Shown piece by piece: positions 19,439-29,408 of a stretch of DNA of 64,000 bases (position 1 is the first letter of the stretch; each line of letters begins with the position of its first letter). Made by a program: the position numbers and the translations under genes. The notes beneath the pieces are model-generated. The model did no database searches. It was not told the DNA's origin and saw only the letters and a program-made list of their open reading frames with translations. The DNA lies in IMG/VR virus record IMGVR_UViG_3300028800_000076, positions 1 to 64,000 of that record; one strand, given 5' to 3'. This stretch comes from a virus.

Positions 19439-19714
19439 ATGAAAGACTACAAGATGCCCGGTCATGACTGCTTGCGCTGTCATGGTGTGCTGAATGGTGC
19501 AACGAACGTCACCAACAACGCCATGCCGAAAGACGGCGATCTCACCATCTGTATCTACTGCGGCCACCTCATGGCCTTCACCGACGATCTCAGTCTGCGT
19601 GAGCTTACCGCAGAGGAGCAGGAGTGGTGCAACAAGAGCAACCTAATCACTCTCGCCAAAGAGTCCGTTAAGGACATTAAGGCTGTCCACCCTGACAGGA
19701 GGACGCTGCAATGA
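19439..19714 (+). CDS. Cys-rich zinc-ribbon protein
   Basis: CLRC...P.DGD.TICIYCG. Confidence 0.65.
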   Translation: MKDYKMPGHDCLRCHGVLNGATNVTNNAMPKDGDLTICIYCGHLMAFTDDLSLRELTAEEQEWCNKSNLITLAKESVKDIKAVHPDRRTLQ

Positions 19715-20256
19715 TCGTCGGGTACGCTCGCGTCTCAACGACTGAGCAGAACCTGGACCTCCAGATCAAGGCCCTGAAGGAGGCGGGCTGTGAGAAGATT
19801 TACTCCGACAAAGCCTCCGGCAAGAATATGGACCGCCCAGAATGGGCGAAGTGCCGCAGGTATATCTCCACGGGAGATACTCTGGTCTGCTGGAAGCTTG
19901 ATCGTGTTTCCCGCTCCATGCTTGATCTCATCACCACGGTGCAGTCGCTGGATGAGCGAGGCGTGGGCTTCAAGGTGGTGACCGCGCCTATCGACACCAC
20001 CACAGCGCAGGGCCGCCTGATCTTCGGCATCTTCGCAGCACTGGCTGAGTTCGAGCGCGCCCTGATCCGGGAGCGTGTCCAGGCTGGCGTGAAGGCCGCA
20101 AAGGAACGCGGCGTCCAGTTCGGCAGGCCCCGCAAGGTCACCGTGGAGGTTCTGGAGCGCGCCAATGATCTGCTGGTGGCCGACCCCGAGATGACTGTAC
20201 GCAAGGCAGCAGAGAAGCTAGGCGTCTCTAAGAGCGCTCTTTATCGGGCTCTCTAG
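19711..20256 (+). CDS. small serine recombinase (resolvase/invertase)
   Basis: GYARVST.EQNL, KLDRVSRS, AEFER.LI.ER..AG, C-terminal HTH. Confidence 0.95.
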   Translation: MIVGYARVSTTEQNLDLQIKALKEAGCEKIYSDKASGKNMDRPEWAKCRRYISTGDTLVCWKLDRVSRSMLDLITTVQSLDERGVGFKVVTAPIDTTTAQGRLIFGIFAALAEFERALIRERVQAGVKAAKERGVQFGRPRKVTVEVLERANDLLVADPEMTVRKAAEKLGVSKSALYRAL

Positions 20257-21407
20257 GCGGCCTCCTGCCGCTTCTCCAGCGCATCACCCACCTTCTTGAA
20301 GGCTTCGGCCATGGCTTTCATATGGCTACGACTGGGATCGTAGGCACAAACCTCGAAGAGCATCAGCTTGGAGTTGACCTCTTCCGTGATCGGAAAGCTG
20401 CCGTGCCCCTTGAAGCGCTTGAAGGCCGGGAGGTTATAGAGCGGCTCCACATAGCCAGCACGCACCGGCACGCCCTCCGCCCTCAGAGCCTTCACTACCC
20501 AGTCGCGGTCTCTGACCACCTCAGCCGCCCACATATAATAGACGTGCTTGCAGCCCTCGCGCTGGATCGGCGGCATGATCCACGGAATGTCCTTGACCAT
20601 GTGCGTTAGCTCTTCGGCCAGTTCGATGCGGCCTGTGATGATCGCCTCGCGCTTGGATAACTGCGCCAGGGCGATAGCGGCCGTGATCTCGGTCATCCGA
20701 AGATTAAGACCCGGAACGACGGTATCAGCCAACTCAGAATGATTACGATATAGCCGCATCCGATCAGCCAGAACGTCGTTGTCAGTAACGCAGAGTCCTC
20801 CTTCTCCACATTGAATATGCTTATGCACATTAAGTGAGAACACACCAATATCACCCACAGTGCCAGCATACTTGCCGTCCTCCATGGCAAAGGGAGCCTG
20901 CGCATTGTCTTCGATCATGATGGTCTTCGCGCCACAGTGACGCTTCCAGCGTGCCAACTCGGCTGGGTGGCCAAAGATGTTTGGCACGATGATAGCCCTG
21001 GTCTTGGTCCCAGGCACGCCATCCATATTGAAGGTCTTGGCTTCGATGTCATTGAACTTGATGTTCGCGCCCAGGAACGCTGGGGCAGCCGCTGTGGCGC
21101 TCATGGTATAGGGCGATGTGATCACCTCATAACCCTTAAATACGCCTGCCGCCATGCAGGCCACCAGCAATCCTGACGTGGCGCTATTCACAGCCACCGC
21201 ATGCTTAGAGCCGATCATATCCGCGAAGGTCTGCTCCAGCGCCTCGACACGCAGGCCGCCGTGTAGCTCGCCCCCCAGGTAACCGCTGAGGGGCCCAGCA
21301 CGCAGCACGGATGTGGCCATGCTGATCTCCTCCGGCCCTATCGTGTTGAAGGGCCGGAGAGACTGCTTGATGGCCGCAGGACCGCCGTCGATGGCCAGAA
21401 CAGTCAT
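20253..21407 (-). CDS. DegT/DnrJ/EryC1/StrS PLP aminotransferase (PseC-like role)
   Basis: AVNSATSGL, IEDNAQA, VFSLN.HKHIQCGEGG, NLRMTE. Confidence 0.92.
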   Translation of the reverse strand: MTVLAIDGGPAAIKQSLRPFNTIGPEEISMATSVLRAGPLSGYLGGELHGGLRVEALEQTFADMIGSKHAVAVNSATSGLLVACMAAGVFKGYEVITSPYTMSATAAAPAFLGANIKFNDIEAKTFNMDGVPGTKTRAIIVPNIFGHPAELARWKRHCGAKTIMIEDNAQAPFAMEDGKYAGTVGDIGVFSLNVHKHIQCGEGGLCVTDNDVLADRMRLYRNHSELADTVVPGLNLRMTEITAAIALAQLSKREAIITGRIELAEELTHMVKDIPWIMPPIQREGCKHVYYMWAAEVVRDRDWVVKALRAEGVPVRAGYVEPLYNLPAFKRFKGHGSFPITEEVNSKLMLFEVCAYDPSRSHMKAMAEAFKKVGDALEKRQEAA

Positions 21408-21826
21408 GATCTTTTCTCCAATGCAGCGATAGAACGCATGACATGAATGAGCGTTTCTGCTCGTTCTATCTGGCCCGCCCTCTTGGCTTCTCCAATCTCT
21501 TTGGAGAACTGTTTCTGTAGCAATCGCAGTGGGGGTCGCAGATAAGACAATCTCTGCGACCCCCTTCTCATCCCCCTTGATACCTGAGAGGAACGAACGC
21601 CGTGAGATGCACAGGTGTCTGCGTCGGCGTTTTCTGACGGCATAACCGTCAACACATCCAGCCACTGGGCTGTCAGTGTTCCTGCGGCCCGTTTAGCGAT
21701 AGACCGGGCCAGTTGCGGAGATGGTCGAAATTCAGGGTGAGCATCTGACGTATTTTTAATCGCACCTTCCACAGCGCGCAAGATGCGACGTTGCGATGGG
21801 GTAGCTCGTTTATAAAGCGAAACCAT
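21404..21826 (-). CDS. hypothetical protein with its own promoter
   Basis: ORF track; TTGACA-N16-TATCTT upstream. Confidence 0.5.
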   Translation of the reverse strand: MVSLYKRATPSQRRILRAVEGAIKNTSDAHPEFRPSPQLARSIAKRAAGTLTAQWLDVLTVMPSENADADTCASHGVRSSQVSRGMRRGSQRLSYLRPPLRLLQKQFSKEIGEAKRAGQIERAETLIHVMRSIAALEKRS

Positions 21827-21832
21827 CGGCAA

Positions 21833-21860
21833 AAGATAGCCCGAAATGGGTTAGTGTCAA
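21833..21860 (-). promoter_or_regulatory. sigma70-like promoter with operator in the spacer
   Basis: TTGACA-CTAACCCATTTCGGGC-TATCTT. Confidence 0.6.
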
Positions 21861-22711
21861 GTATCCTGGAGGGCCTGCCGTAACTCAGCCACGCTCATGC
21901 GCCGTGCCTTGTCGCTGCTGTTGCCCTTGGCCATGGATTCGTGGCGCTTCTCCCATGTCGGAAGCCCTGTGACACGCACCGGCACACCTAGCGCCTCCGC
22001 AAGATCGCCCAGGCGGTAGGCTGGCAGTGTCGGGATGGCCAGTTCGCCACCCTTCATGGTTTGGATTGTGGATAGAACCAAGTCCACAGCCTCGGACATC
22101 CGCATAAAGAATCTTGTGCATTCTAGATCGGTCACCGGAAGCACGGTCGCGCCCTTCGCAATCATGGCCCGCCACACGGGCACGACTGAGCCAGTCGAGT
22201 TCCAGACATTGCCATAACGGCAGGCAGCAAACCTGGGCCCCTTCCAGCCTGTGGTGTTGTTTGCGGCCAGGAAGATGCTCTCAGCCAGCGCCTTGGAGCA
22301 GCCATAGGGGCTCACCGGCTCAAAGGCTTTGTCGCTGGAGAGCGCGACCACCTTCTTCACGCCAGCGTCTTGGGCTGCTTCGATCACGTTGATCGCGCCA
22401 TCCACATTGGTCTTGACCATTTCGACCGGATTATAATTACCGACCTCGATGCGCTTGAGGGCCGCAGCATGAACCACAACCTCGATACCTTCCATGGCCC
22501 GCCGTAGTCGGTCCCTGTCGCGTACATCTCCGATCATGAAACGAGTGATCTCAGAGCGGGCGCGAACCTTGAGTGCTTCAGCCTGTTGAAACTGTCGAAA
22601 TTCCCCACGCGAGAAGACCACAATACGCTGGACGCTCAGGTCGAGCAGCAGCCGTCTCACAAAGGCGTCGCCAAAGGCTCCCGAGCCCCCCGTAATCAGC
22701 ACGCTCTTCAT
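21857..22711 (-). CDS. pseB: UDP-GlcNAc 4,6-dehydratase (PseB/FlaA1-like)
   Basis: LITGGSGAFG, FSR.E..Q, IGDVRD..RL, HAAALK, SSDKA..P...YG.SK, RYGNV..S.GSV. Confidence 0.88.
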   Translation of the reverse strand: MKSVLITGGSGAFGDAFVRRLLLDLSVQRIVVFSRGEFRQFQQAEALKVRARSEITRFMIGDVRDRDRLRRAMEGIEVVVHAAALKRIEVGNYNPVEMVKTNVDGAINVIEAAQDAGVKKVVALSSDKAFEPVSPYGCSKALAESIFLAANNTTGWKGPRFAACRYGNVWNSTGSVVPVWRAMIAKGATVLPVTDLECTRFFMRMSEAVDLVLSTIQTMKGGELAIPTLPAYRLGDLAEALGVPVRVTGLPTWEKRHESMAKGNSSDKARRMSVAELRQALQDT

Positions 22712-22965
22712 TTATTGGCTTTCTCCAGCAGAATATCGGCATGGCACGGCAGCGGTGAGCACCAGCACACCAAGTCCTTGCCCTTCAGATCATGTACCTC
22801 AGCGCAGACTAAGGCTTCGGAGAAGTGCTTGCGATACTTCTCGATGCATTCCTCGCGCGTGCCGTCCTTACCGACCACATAGGGGTTTCCCCACTTGGTT
22901 GGCCTGCCGACATAGACCGCGTTAGCAGGTCTATGCCTGTCCCGCATGTTCCAGACCTTAGGCAC
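22708..22965 (-). CDS. DUF4326 family protein
   Basis: VYVGRPTKWGNP...LKGKDLVCWCSP..CHAD.L. Confidence 0.85.
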   Translation of the reverse strand: MPKVWNMRDRHRPANAVYVGRPTKWGNPYVVGKDGTREECIEKYRKHFSEALVCAEVHDLKGKDLVCWCSPLPCHADILLEKANK

Positions 22966-23968
22966 TGATCATCTCCCAGGTTAGGGCTTGGCCGCGCTTA
23001 AGTCTCCGGATCGTGTGCTTGCCCAGAATTTTGGGAAGCTCTTTTGGGGGAAGTCCATAGGCCGGACGGATCGAGCGGACATTCTCATTGGTGAATATCT
23101 CTCCGGCCTCCATGTTCTCCACGACATAGAGCGAGCGGCGGAACTGCTTTGATGATTCTTGACTGGTTGGTGCCCTAGGCGTGTTTATCGCAGTCCAGGT
23201 ATCGCGCACAGTCTTGCACATACCTTTGAATTCTTCGGGCTCCATGCTGAATTCAGCGTCCTCGATATCATCCTCACGCGAGACGCAAAAATGCTTCTCG
23301 ATAATAGATGCACCAAGCGCAGTCGCAGCAATAGGTATCTCCACGCCCACGGTATGGTCTGAAATTCCTGTCACAAAATGCGAACGTCCGATCTTTCTCA
23401 AATCGGCCTCAGCCACAGGCGTAGGATAGCCACTAATGCACGCTAGCGCCGTGGCATTATTTCCTGCCGCCACCATTGCGGCATCAATCTCCTCCTCAGA
23501 GGCCATGCCAGTCGAGATAATGAGCGGCTTTCCTGTTCTGGCCACAGCCTTGATCAAAGGAATATCCACAATCTCCATGCTGGCTATCTTATAGGCTGGG
23601 CACTCCAAGCTCTCTAAAAGCTCAAGCCCGGTCTTATCAAAGACAGAGGAGAAAACTGTCTGGCCATATTGTTTGGCGAGATGGAAAATACTCTCTACCA
23701 AGCCGGGAGGTGTCTGGGCCTTGCGATAAAGTTCGTGAAGCTTGCGGCCCTTCCATGGGCCCTCCTTAATGATAAAGTCGGACCCATCACTATCAATTGT
23801 TAGACTATCAGCGGTATAGCACTGAATTTTGACGGCATCTGCTCCTGCTCCAGCAGCTAGGCCCATCAGATAGGCTGCTTTCTCAAACGAGCCCTGATGA
23901 TTGCCGCTAATCTCCGCAATCATATATGGAGGTTCGCCAGGACCAATCTTGCGGCCGTTAATGATCAC
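22958..23968 (-). CDS. pseI: nonulosonic (pseudaminic) acid synthase, NeuB family
   Basis: IAEISGNH.G, GADAVK.Q.YTAD, YKIAS.E, ISTGM, GISDHT, IIEKHF, C-terminal SAF domain. Confidence 0.9.
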   Translation of the reverse strand: MIINGRKIGPGEPPYMIAEISGNHQGSFEKAAYLMGLAAGAGADAVKIQCYTADSLTIDSDGSDFIIKEGPWKGRKLHELYRKAQTPPGLVESIFHLAKQYGQTVFSSVFDKTGLELLESLECPAYKIASMEIVDIPLIKAVARTGKPLIISTGMASEEEIDAAMVAAGNNATALACISGYPTPVAEADLRKIGRSHFVTGISDHTVGVEIPIAATALGASIIEKHFCVSREDDIEDAEFSMEPEEFKGMCKTVRDTWTAINTPRAPTSQESSKQFRRSLYVVENMEAGEIFTNENVRSIRPAYGLPPKELPKILGKHTIRRLKRGQALTWEMISA

Positions 23969-24159
23969 GAAGGTATCTCTCCGAGTTTCATCATTTGATC
24001 GGCAATGAACCGATCATTCTGATTAATTTGCCGCAATACAGTCCTTGTCTCTTCGGGGGCCTTCTCAAGCGCGATGCGCAAAAGCTCCATCCACAGCCCA
24101 TTATTGTGACGACGTGTCTCCTCTATGAGACCGATGGTTGTGTGTTGCGCAATGTTCAT
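23965..24159 (-). CDS. hypothetical protein
   Basis: Coupled at both ends. Confidence 0.55.
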   Translation of the reverse strand: MNIAQHTTIGLIEETRRHNNGLWMELLRIALEKAPEETRTVLRQINQNDRFIADQMMKLGEIPS

Positions 24160-26171
24160 GACACTCTCACGCTTGCAGTCGCCGCAATGGATGGCCCAAC
24201 GATATCACTCTTCACCTTGTCTTCGGCCACAGCCTTCTTGATCACACCCAGCGTCCGGTCATAGGCGTTTACGATGCGGCGCATGTCGGCTTCATTGTGG
24301 GCGTACATGAAGTTGTGGCTGGCGATGATGAGCACGCCGTTCTTGATCATCTCCTGCATGTACAACGTCTTGATATCCTCAGCGGTGTTCATGCCAACGG
24401 CTATGAAGTTCACGCGCGAGAAATAAGAACCCGTGATGCGCAGGCAGTGGATGCCGTGCTTTTCCTGCATGAAGGAGACCAGCGTGGAAATCTCGCGGTT
24501 CTTCGCCATCAGCGCATCATGCACGGGCTCACGCTCCATCTTCTCGATAACTGCGAGCGAGGCGGCGAGCGAGAGCGTCTCGCCAAAGAACGTGCCGCTG
24601 AAGCAGACCTGATCCATCAGCTTCATGTACTTTTTCTTACCGACCAGGGCGCTGATCGGCATGCCGTTGCCCATGGCCTTGCCGAAGGTGGCCAGATCAG
24701 GGGTAACCCCCCAGACTTTCTGCGCTCCCCCCAGGCCAAACCGGAATCCCGTGATGATCTCATCAAAGATCAGCAGCGTGCCAGTGAGATTACAGAGAAC
24801 GCGCAATCTTGCGAGGAATTCTGGATCGGTCTCCGGCTCCACAATGACGCAGGCAAAGCGCTTGGTGACCAAAGCCTTCTCGGCAAACGTGATATCGCCA
24901 TGCCGCATGACGGTGGTGAAGTCGCGGATGCCTTCGGGCACGCCGATGTTGCGCACCGGGTCCCGCGCGATGGCCCAGTCCATCCAGCCGTGATAGCCCG
25001 CACTCAGAATATGGTCGCGGCCGGTCATGGCCCTGGCAAGCCTCACCGCAGCGCTGGTGACATCCGTGCCGTTCTTGCCAAAGCGCGCCATCTCAGCGCA
25101 TGGAATGTAACGATTCAGCTTCTCGGCCAGCTTATGCTCTAGATCGGTGGCGAGACTAAAGCTGATCCCACGATCAAGCTGCATACGGATAGCACGATCA
25201 ACATCAGGGTCCCGATGACCCAGAATAACTGGGAGCAAACCACCCACAAGGTCGACATAATCGTTCCCATCAACGTCATAGACGTGTCCTCCGCTGCCGT
25301 GTGTGACAAATAAGGGCGACTCCACGGGATACTGGAGCTTGCTCTTGGAGTAGGTCTGCGTACCCAGCGGAATGAGGCGCTCCGTGACGCCCAGCATGGC
25401 ATGGGAGACCGTGTGCTCGCGCTTCACCGGCTCCTCAACCACAAGCTCATCCCAGAAGCGCTCATTGCGCGGATGATACTTGTTGAGATTGCGATACTCT
25501 GGGTTCTTATCCAGAAAGCGTTTGATGCCCAGATACGAGAAATCCAGGCACTTTTCAGCCAGTATCTGACACAGATGATAGTCATCCTGGGTGTCGAGCA
25601 CCCATCGCTCCTTGTGCATGTCCGGAAGCGGGCAAGTCAGGTTCACGATCTTGTAGCGCATCCTGTTACGCAGGATGTATTGCGTCACGGTGTTGCGATC
25701 AGAGGGTCTGGTGGCCTTTTCGTTGGCCTCCTTGAGTGCCTTAACCGTCATCACCTCGCAGTCGAGTCCGTCAGGCCATGTCGGCGGGTCGATATTGGAG
25801 GCGTAGTCGGCTCCTGTGGCCTCTCGTAGGGCCGCAACCTCGCCCACAACGCGCGGATCAATAAAGGGGCAATCCCCTGTCAGACGAATTACAACATCCG
25901 CCTCCGCAGCGATGGCTGCTCCTGTAAATCTAGACAAAACATCAGTCTCGCTACCCCTGAAACACTTAATGCTTTTCTTTTTGCACCACTCTTCAATTAC
26001 ATTGTCTTGTTCGAGAGTGCTGGTGGCTATCCACACCTCGTTGACGCCGGGAATGCTATATGCAGACCCCGTTACCCAATCTAAAACAACACCCCCGCCA
26101 AGGGACATCAACACTTTCCCCCTCAGACGAGTGCTGCCAATCCTTGCAATGACAATCGCAACCGTTTTCAC
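24156..26171 (-). CDS. fusion: SpsF/PseF-like cytidylyltransferase + class III (GSAT-like) aminotransferase
   Basis: ARIGSTRL.GKVL, RGSE.DVL.RF, RLTGDCP, PDGLD.E; then DVDGN.YVD, FGKNG.D, IFDEI.TGFR, PDLATFGKAMGNG. Confidence 0.9.
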   Translation of the reverse strand: MKTVAIVIARIGSTRLRGKVLMSLGGGVVLDWVTGSAYSIPGVNEVWIATSTLEQDNVIEEWCKKKSIKCFRGSETDVLSRFTGAAIAAEADVVIRLTGDCPFIDPRVVGEVAALREATGADYASNIDPPTWPDGLDCEVMTVKALKEANEKATRPSDRNTVTQYILRNRMRYKIVNLTCPLPDMHKERWVLDTQDDYHLCQILAEKCLDFSYLGIKRFLDKNPEYRNLNKYHPRNERFWDELVVEEPVKREHTVSHAMLGVTERLIPLGTQTYSKSKLQYPVESPLFVTHGSGGHVYDVDGNDYVDLVGGLLPVILGHRDPDVDRAIRMQLDRGISFSLATDLEHKLAEKLNRYIPCAEMARFGKNGTDVTSAAVRLARAMTGRDHILSAGYHGWMDWAIARDPVRNIGVPEGIRDFTTVMRHGDITFAEKALVTKRFACVIVEPETDPEFLARLRVLCNLTGTLLIFDEIITGFRFGLGGAQKVWGVTPDLATFGKAMGNGMPISALVGKKKYMKLMDQVCFSGTFFGETLSLAASLAVIEKMEREPVHDALMAKNREISTLVSFMQEKHGIHCLRITGSYFSRVNFIAVGMNTAEDIKTLYMQEMIKNGVLIIASHNFMYAHNEADMRRIVNAYDRTLGVIKKAVAEDKVKSDIVGPSIAATASVRVS

Positions 26172-26830
26172 TAGATTTTTCCCTCTAAAAGAGCCGTGAC
26201 AGCTTGTTGTCCCGAGAGACCGAGTATTGATGTGAGCTTTTTGAGCTTGGCATAGCTCAATCCAAGTCTTTGGGAGGCGACTTTCATCGGAACCATTTCT
26301 TCTTCAATGGCAATCCATTGTGTCCAATTCCGATTTATCGACTGCGTATACTCATCAGCCCAACGCACATTCCCTGGTTCATAATTTCCGTTTGGGTCTA
26401 CCCGGTCTAATTCTAGTTTTTCTGGGCATTCTCCCATATAATTAAGAAAATTTTCAAACTTCATCCACGGCTCATAAATCGTAATGCCTCGTCCGTGGTA
26501 GTTTGGATAATCCTTACAATTTGGATTTGTGCAGCGCTCTATCATCTTAGCCCAGGATTTATATGTTCTGGACATTCTTCCTCGTCGAGAATGGCCATGT
26601 ATTACACGAGCCGATCCGTCCAACTTGAGGCATCCACATGATTTTGTATGGCCTCTATTCAGCAGTTTTCCCATAGCGATATGGGGCTTACCGCAGTCAC
26701 AAGAACAAAGCCACGCAGATCGGCCTTCGACATTCTTCCACCGCTCTATAACCGTTAAACGGCCGAATCTCATCCCAGCCAACCGCAGCGCCCTCACCGA
26801 TATCCTCCCATTTCGCGCACCTTCAGACAT
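26171..26830 (-). CDS. HNH-type homing endonuclease-like protein
   Basis: G.RFGRLTV, CSCDCG, M..RC.NP, LDRVDPNGNYEPGNVRWA. Confidence 0.8.
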   Translation of the reverse strand: MSEGARNGRISVRALRLAGMRFGRLTVIERWKNVEGRSAWLCSCDCGKPHIAMGKLLNRGHTKSCGCLKLDGSARVIHGHSRRGRMSRTYKSWAKMIERCTNPNCKDYPNYHGRGITIYEPWMKFENFLNYMGECPEKLELDRVDPNGNYEPGNVRWADEYTQSINRNWTQWIAIEEEMVPMKVASQRLGLSYAKLKKLTSILGLSGQQAVTALLEGKI

Positions 26831-27663
26831 ATCTCCAGCACGTCCAGGGCCTCCTGTCCCGTGCACCCGATTGTCTCCTTGCCATCGATCCTATCGATAA
26901 AGGCCTGCATCTCGTCCTTGTAGTCCTGATCGTAGCTGCCTTCGGTGTCCCAGTAATGAAGAGCGCCTTCTTCAGCTTCTGGGACATGCAATGTAGCTCT
27001 GCGCTCCGGCAGATTTACTTCGATCCAGCCTCCTGGGCCGCCAATGGCGAAGCCGCGCCGCTCTGGCTTCGTCACATAATCCAGGTGGATGTGGCTGATG
27101 ACGGAGCGCTGATGCGACAACAGAATATCGGCCGCATCGTCATGCTCGCCACCGCTTACGGCCGCCGAGTGAACCTTCGCAGGGCCCAACAGATAAAGGG
27201 CAAGATCAATCTCGTGGCTCCAGTTCAAGACTACGCCATCACGTAGATACTGCGGCTTATCGTTATACTGAGCACAGCAGAATGTAGCCCATGTGGGAGA
27301 GCCTATAAGCCCACCATCCAGCCATGCCTTGGCTTGCTTTACCGCGCTATTAAAGCGCTGGTTATAGCCGCACATCAATGGATAGGATTTGCCTCCAAGG
27401 ATAATCAGTTGATCCATAGTCGCGGCTATGGGCTTCTCTACAAAAACAGGCTTATCCCTTGCCATAAGCAAGTGAGCGAAATGGTGGGTTGTCGGACTTG
27501 CAATAACCACAGCATCAGACTTCTCGATCAACTCTTGCTCTGACTCAACAGAGCGCCCCATGCTGTCATCCGGATCGTAGACATAAATGGTATGCCCAAG
27601 CTCAAGAAGATTATGAGCATGCCGCCTGCCAATCGACCCAAAGCCAATGATACCAACCTTCAC
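26794..27663 (-). CDS. Gfo/Idh/MocA oxidoreductase
   Basis: GIIGFGSIG.RH, FVEKP, GYN.RF, SHEID; GTGA-coupled start. Confidence 0.9.
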   Translation of the reverse strand: MKVGIIGFGSIGRRHAHNLLELGHTIYVYDPDDSMGRSVESEQELIEKSDAVVIASPTTHHFAHLLMARDKPVFVEKPIAATMDQLIILGGKSYPLMCGYNQRFNSAVKQAKAWLDGGLIGSPTWATFCCAQYNDKPQYLRDGVVLNWSHEIDLALYLLGPAKVHSAAVSGGEHDDAADILLSHQRSVISHIHLDYVTKPERRGFAIGGPGGWIEVNLPERRATLHVPEAEEGALHYWDTEGSYDQDYKDEMQAFIDRIDGKETIGCTGQEALDVLEICLKVREMGGYR

Positions 27664-28292
27664 GACTCCCTCCTCGGCCAGCCGCGCGTTAGGTCCTTGC
27701 GCAGCGTAAAGACACCCTCGCGGCCTTCGCCCTTGCCGAAGATCACAAACTGCTCCAGCAGGTACGCAGGATTGGCGAGCCACAGATTGTGGTATGGCAT
27801 CTTGTATGTGGTGATGCGGGAGTCGTGGGCGTAGTCCTTGGTGTGCGGCTCCTCTGGCATAAAGTCGTGGATAACCAGAACGCCTTTATCTTCGAGCACG
27901 CGATCCACCTCGGAGACGATCCTGAACAGGTCCTCGCGGTCCACCAGATAGAGAAAAAAGCCCAGGACCACGAGATCGAAGCTACCTGGGCCGTAGCCCA
28001 GCACATCAGCGCTGCCGACACGCAGGCCTAGCTCACGATAGCGCCTGCGGCCCTCCTCAATGGCATCCCAGGATAGGTCGCATCCCTTACAGGATTCGGG
28101 TCCATAGCGGGTGTGTAGCTCATCGAGCCGCCAGCCATTGCCGCAAGCCACCTCCAGAATGTTCTTGGGCTTGATGCGGTCGTTGGAGAAGATTTCCCTG
28201 AGCACAGGATCATCAACGCGCGACTTTCCACGGTTACGCTTATGCCAATTGTTACCTTCCGACTCTCTAACGATTTCCGATTGCTTGCCCAC
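27660..28292 (-). CDS. class I SAM-dependent methyltransferase
   Basis: EG.NW..RN, ILEVACGNG, FDLV..GF.LY. Confidence 0.85.
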   Translation of the reverse strand: MGKQSEIVRESEGNNWHKRNRGKSRVDDPVLREIFSNDRIKPKNILEVACGNGWRLDELHTRYGPESCKGCDLSWDAIEEGRRRYRELGLRVGSADVLGYGPGSFDLVVLGFFLYLVDREDLFRIVSEVDRVLEDKGVLVIHDFMPEEPHTKDYAHDSRITTYKMPYHNLWLANPAYLLEQFVIFGKGEGREGVFTLRKDLTRGWPRRES

Positions 28293-28848
28293 GGCTGATC
28301 CTCCCCATGTCTTCCACGAACTCCACAGGGGTTTTCCATCCGGCCGGGAGCACTATCTTTTCTCGATCTTTAACCCGGTGCAAGGTGCCTTTACCCTCTT
28401 GTTTAATCGCCGGTATCTCTTTCCCTGCCACAATCCAGGACCAAACAGACTCAAGGGCAAAAAGGGCGTGATCCTGGAGGTGCCGATAGCTGCTTTCGAG
28501 GGTTTCTTTTTCAGGGTTGAGGAACCTAACCTTGAGTTGGAGCGCGATATCACCTGTGTCCAGACCTTCATCGATGTGGTGGACTGTTACGCCTTTGGGG
28601 GTGTCATCGAACCAGGACCATAGGTTGCAATCTGCCCCGCGATTCCACGGGAGCAATGACCAATGGACATTAAAAATACGGCCGCGATACTTCTCGATCA
28701 CCTCCGGCTTGATGATGTGCCTGTGGCCATAGCTGATCACGTAGTCGCAATCAACGAAGGGCTGGTTATGGGCCTGCGTGAGAATAGTGTGATCCTTGAA
28801 GATATGCTGGATCAGGTCTGGTCTTGTGGTGAGGAGCATGACCTTCAT
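28267..28848 (-). CDS. N10-formyl-THF formyltransferase
   Basis: N.H.SLLPWNRG, GVTVH.IDEGLDTGDI. Confidence 0.9.
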   Translation of the reverse strand: MKVMLLTTRPDLIQHIFKDHTILTQAHNQPFVDCDYVISYGHRHIIKPEVIEKYRGRIFNVHWSLLPWNRGADCNLWSWFDDTPKGVTVHHIDEGLDTGDIALQLKVRFLNPEKETLESSYRHLQDHALFALESVWSWIVAGKEIPAIKQEGKGTLHRVKDREKIVLPAGWKTPVEFVEDMGRISRGQAIGNR

Positions 28849-29408
28849 GGGAAGAACTTTGCAAAGTGGACGAGAGCGATAGGTCTGCCGTTCTCGGACA
28901 GGAAGTGGTCATAGCGCACGCCATCCGGCTGCATGCCAGCAGCCAGCGCTAGCCTCACCATGGCGCGGTTTGATGTGTAGCACCCAGCCTCGATCTTGTG
29001 CATGTGGCACTGCTTTTCGAGAAAGGTCATGACTGCGGACCATGCCTCACGGCCTACGCCCTGGCCCCAATGCTCCTTGCCAATAAGGATGCCCATATTG
29101 GCGATGCGGTTATGCTCATCGATGTGGGCTGAGATAGTCCCTATATCGAAACGGCCTTGATGTTTGATAAGCCAGATGTGCGAGTTGGCCGGAAAGCTAT
29201 TGAGGTAATTATGCTGGCTTTCCTCTGTGTGCTTGCTATGCCGCTGTTCGGAGTATCGGACATTCTCTGGATCATTCAGCCATGCCACCTGGGTGGCAGT
29301 CACGAGGCTGGCACGGTGTGGCTCCAGTGTGAGCCGCTCAGTGGCTAATGTAGCTCGTCGGGGAGCGTCCCGCTGTCCAGACTTCGAAACCCCTTTTGCT
29401 TTAGCCAT
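28845..29408 (-). CDS. GNAT N-acyltransferase (RimJ/PseH-like)
   Basis: WLND..N.RY, GILIG...WGQG.G.EA, N.AM..L. Confidence 0.85.
   Translation of the reverse strand: MAKAKGVSKSGQRDAPRRATLATERLTLEPHRASLVTATQVAWLNDPENVRYSEQRHSKHTEESQHNYLNSFPANSHIWLIKHQGRFDIGTISAHIDEHNRIANMGILIGKEHWGQGVGREAWSAVMTFLEKQCHMHKIEAGCYTSNRAMVRLALAAGMQPDGVRYDHFLSENGRPIALVHFAKFFP

Noticed and set aside
19711-20256. Serine integrase or prophage boundary
   Set aside because: Only 181 aa with no large recombinase domain, and phage genes lie on both sides.
20253-21665. Longer ORF-track starts (also 2844-3401, 26794-27783, 39507, 40288, 51097)
   Set aside because: The extensions overlap neighbouring genes; downstream starts have an SD or translational coupling.
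20253-29408. Sugar cluster as a DNA hypermodification pathway or host contamination
   Set aside because: No base hydroxymethylase or DNA glycosyltransferase is visible. The genes interleave with phage ORFs and share the phage operator. Not formally excluded.
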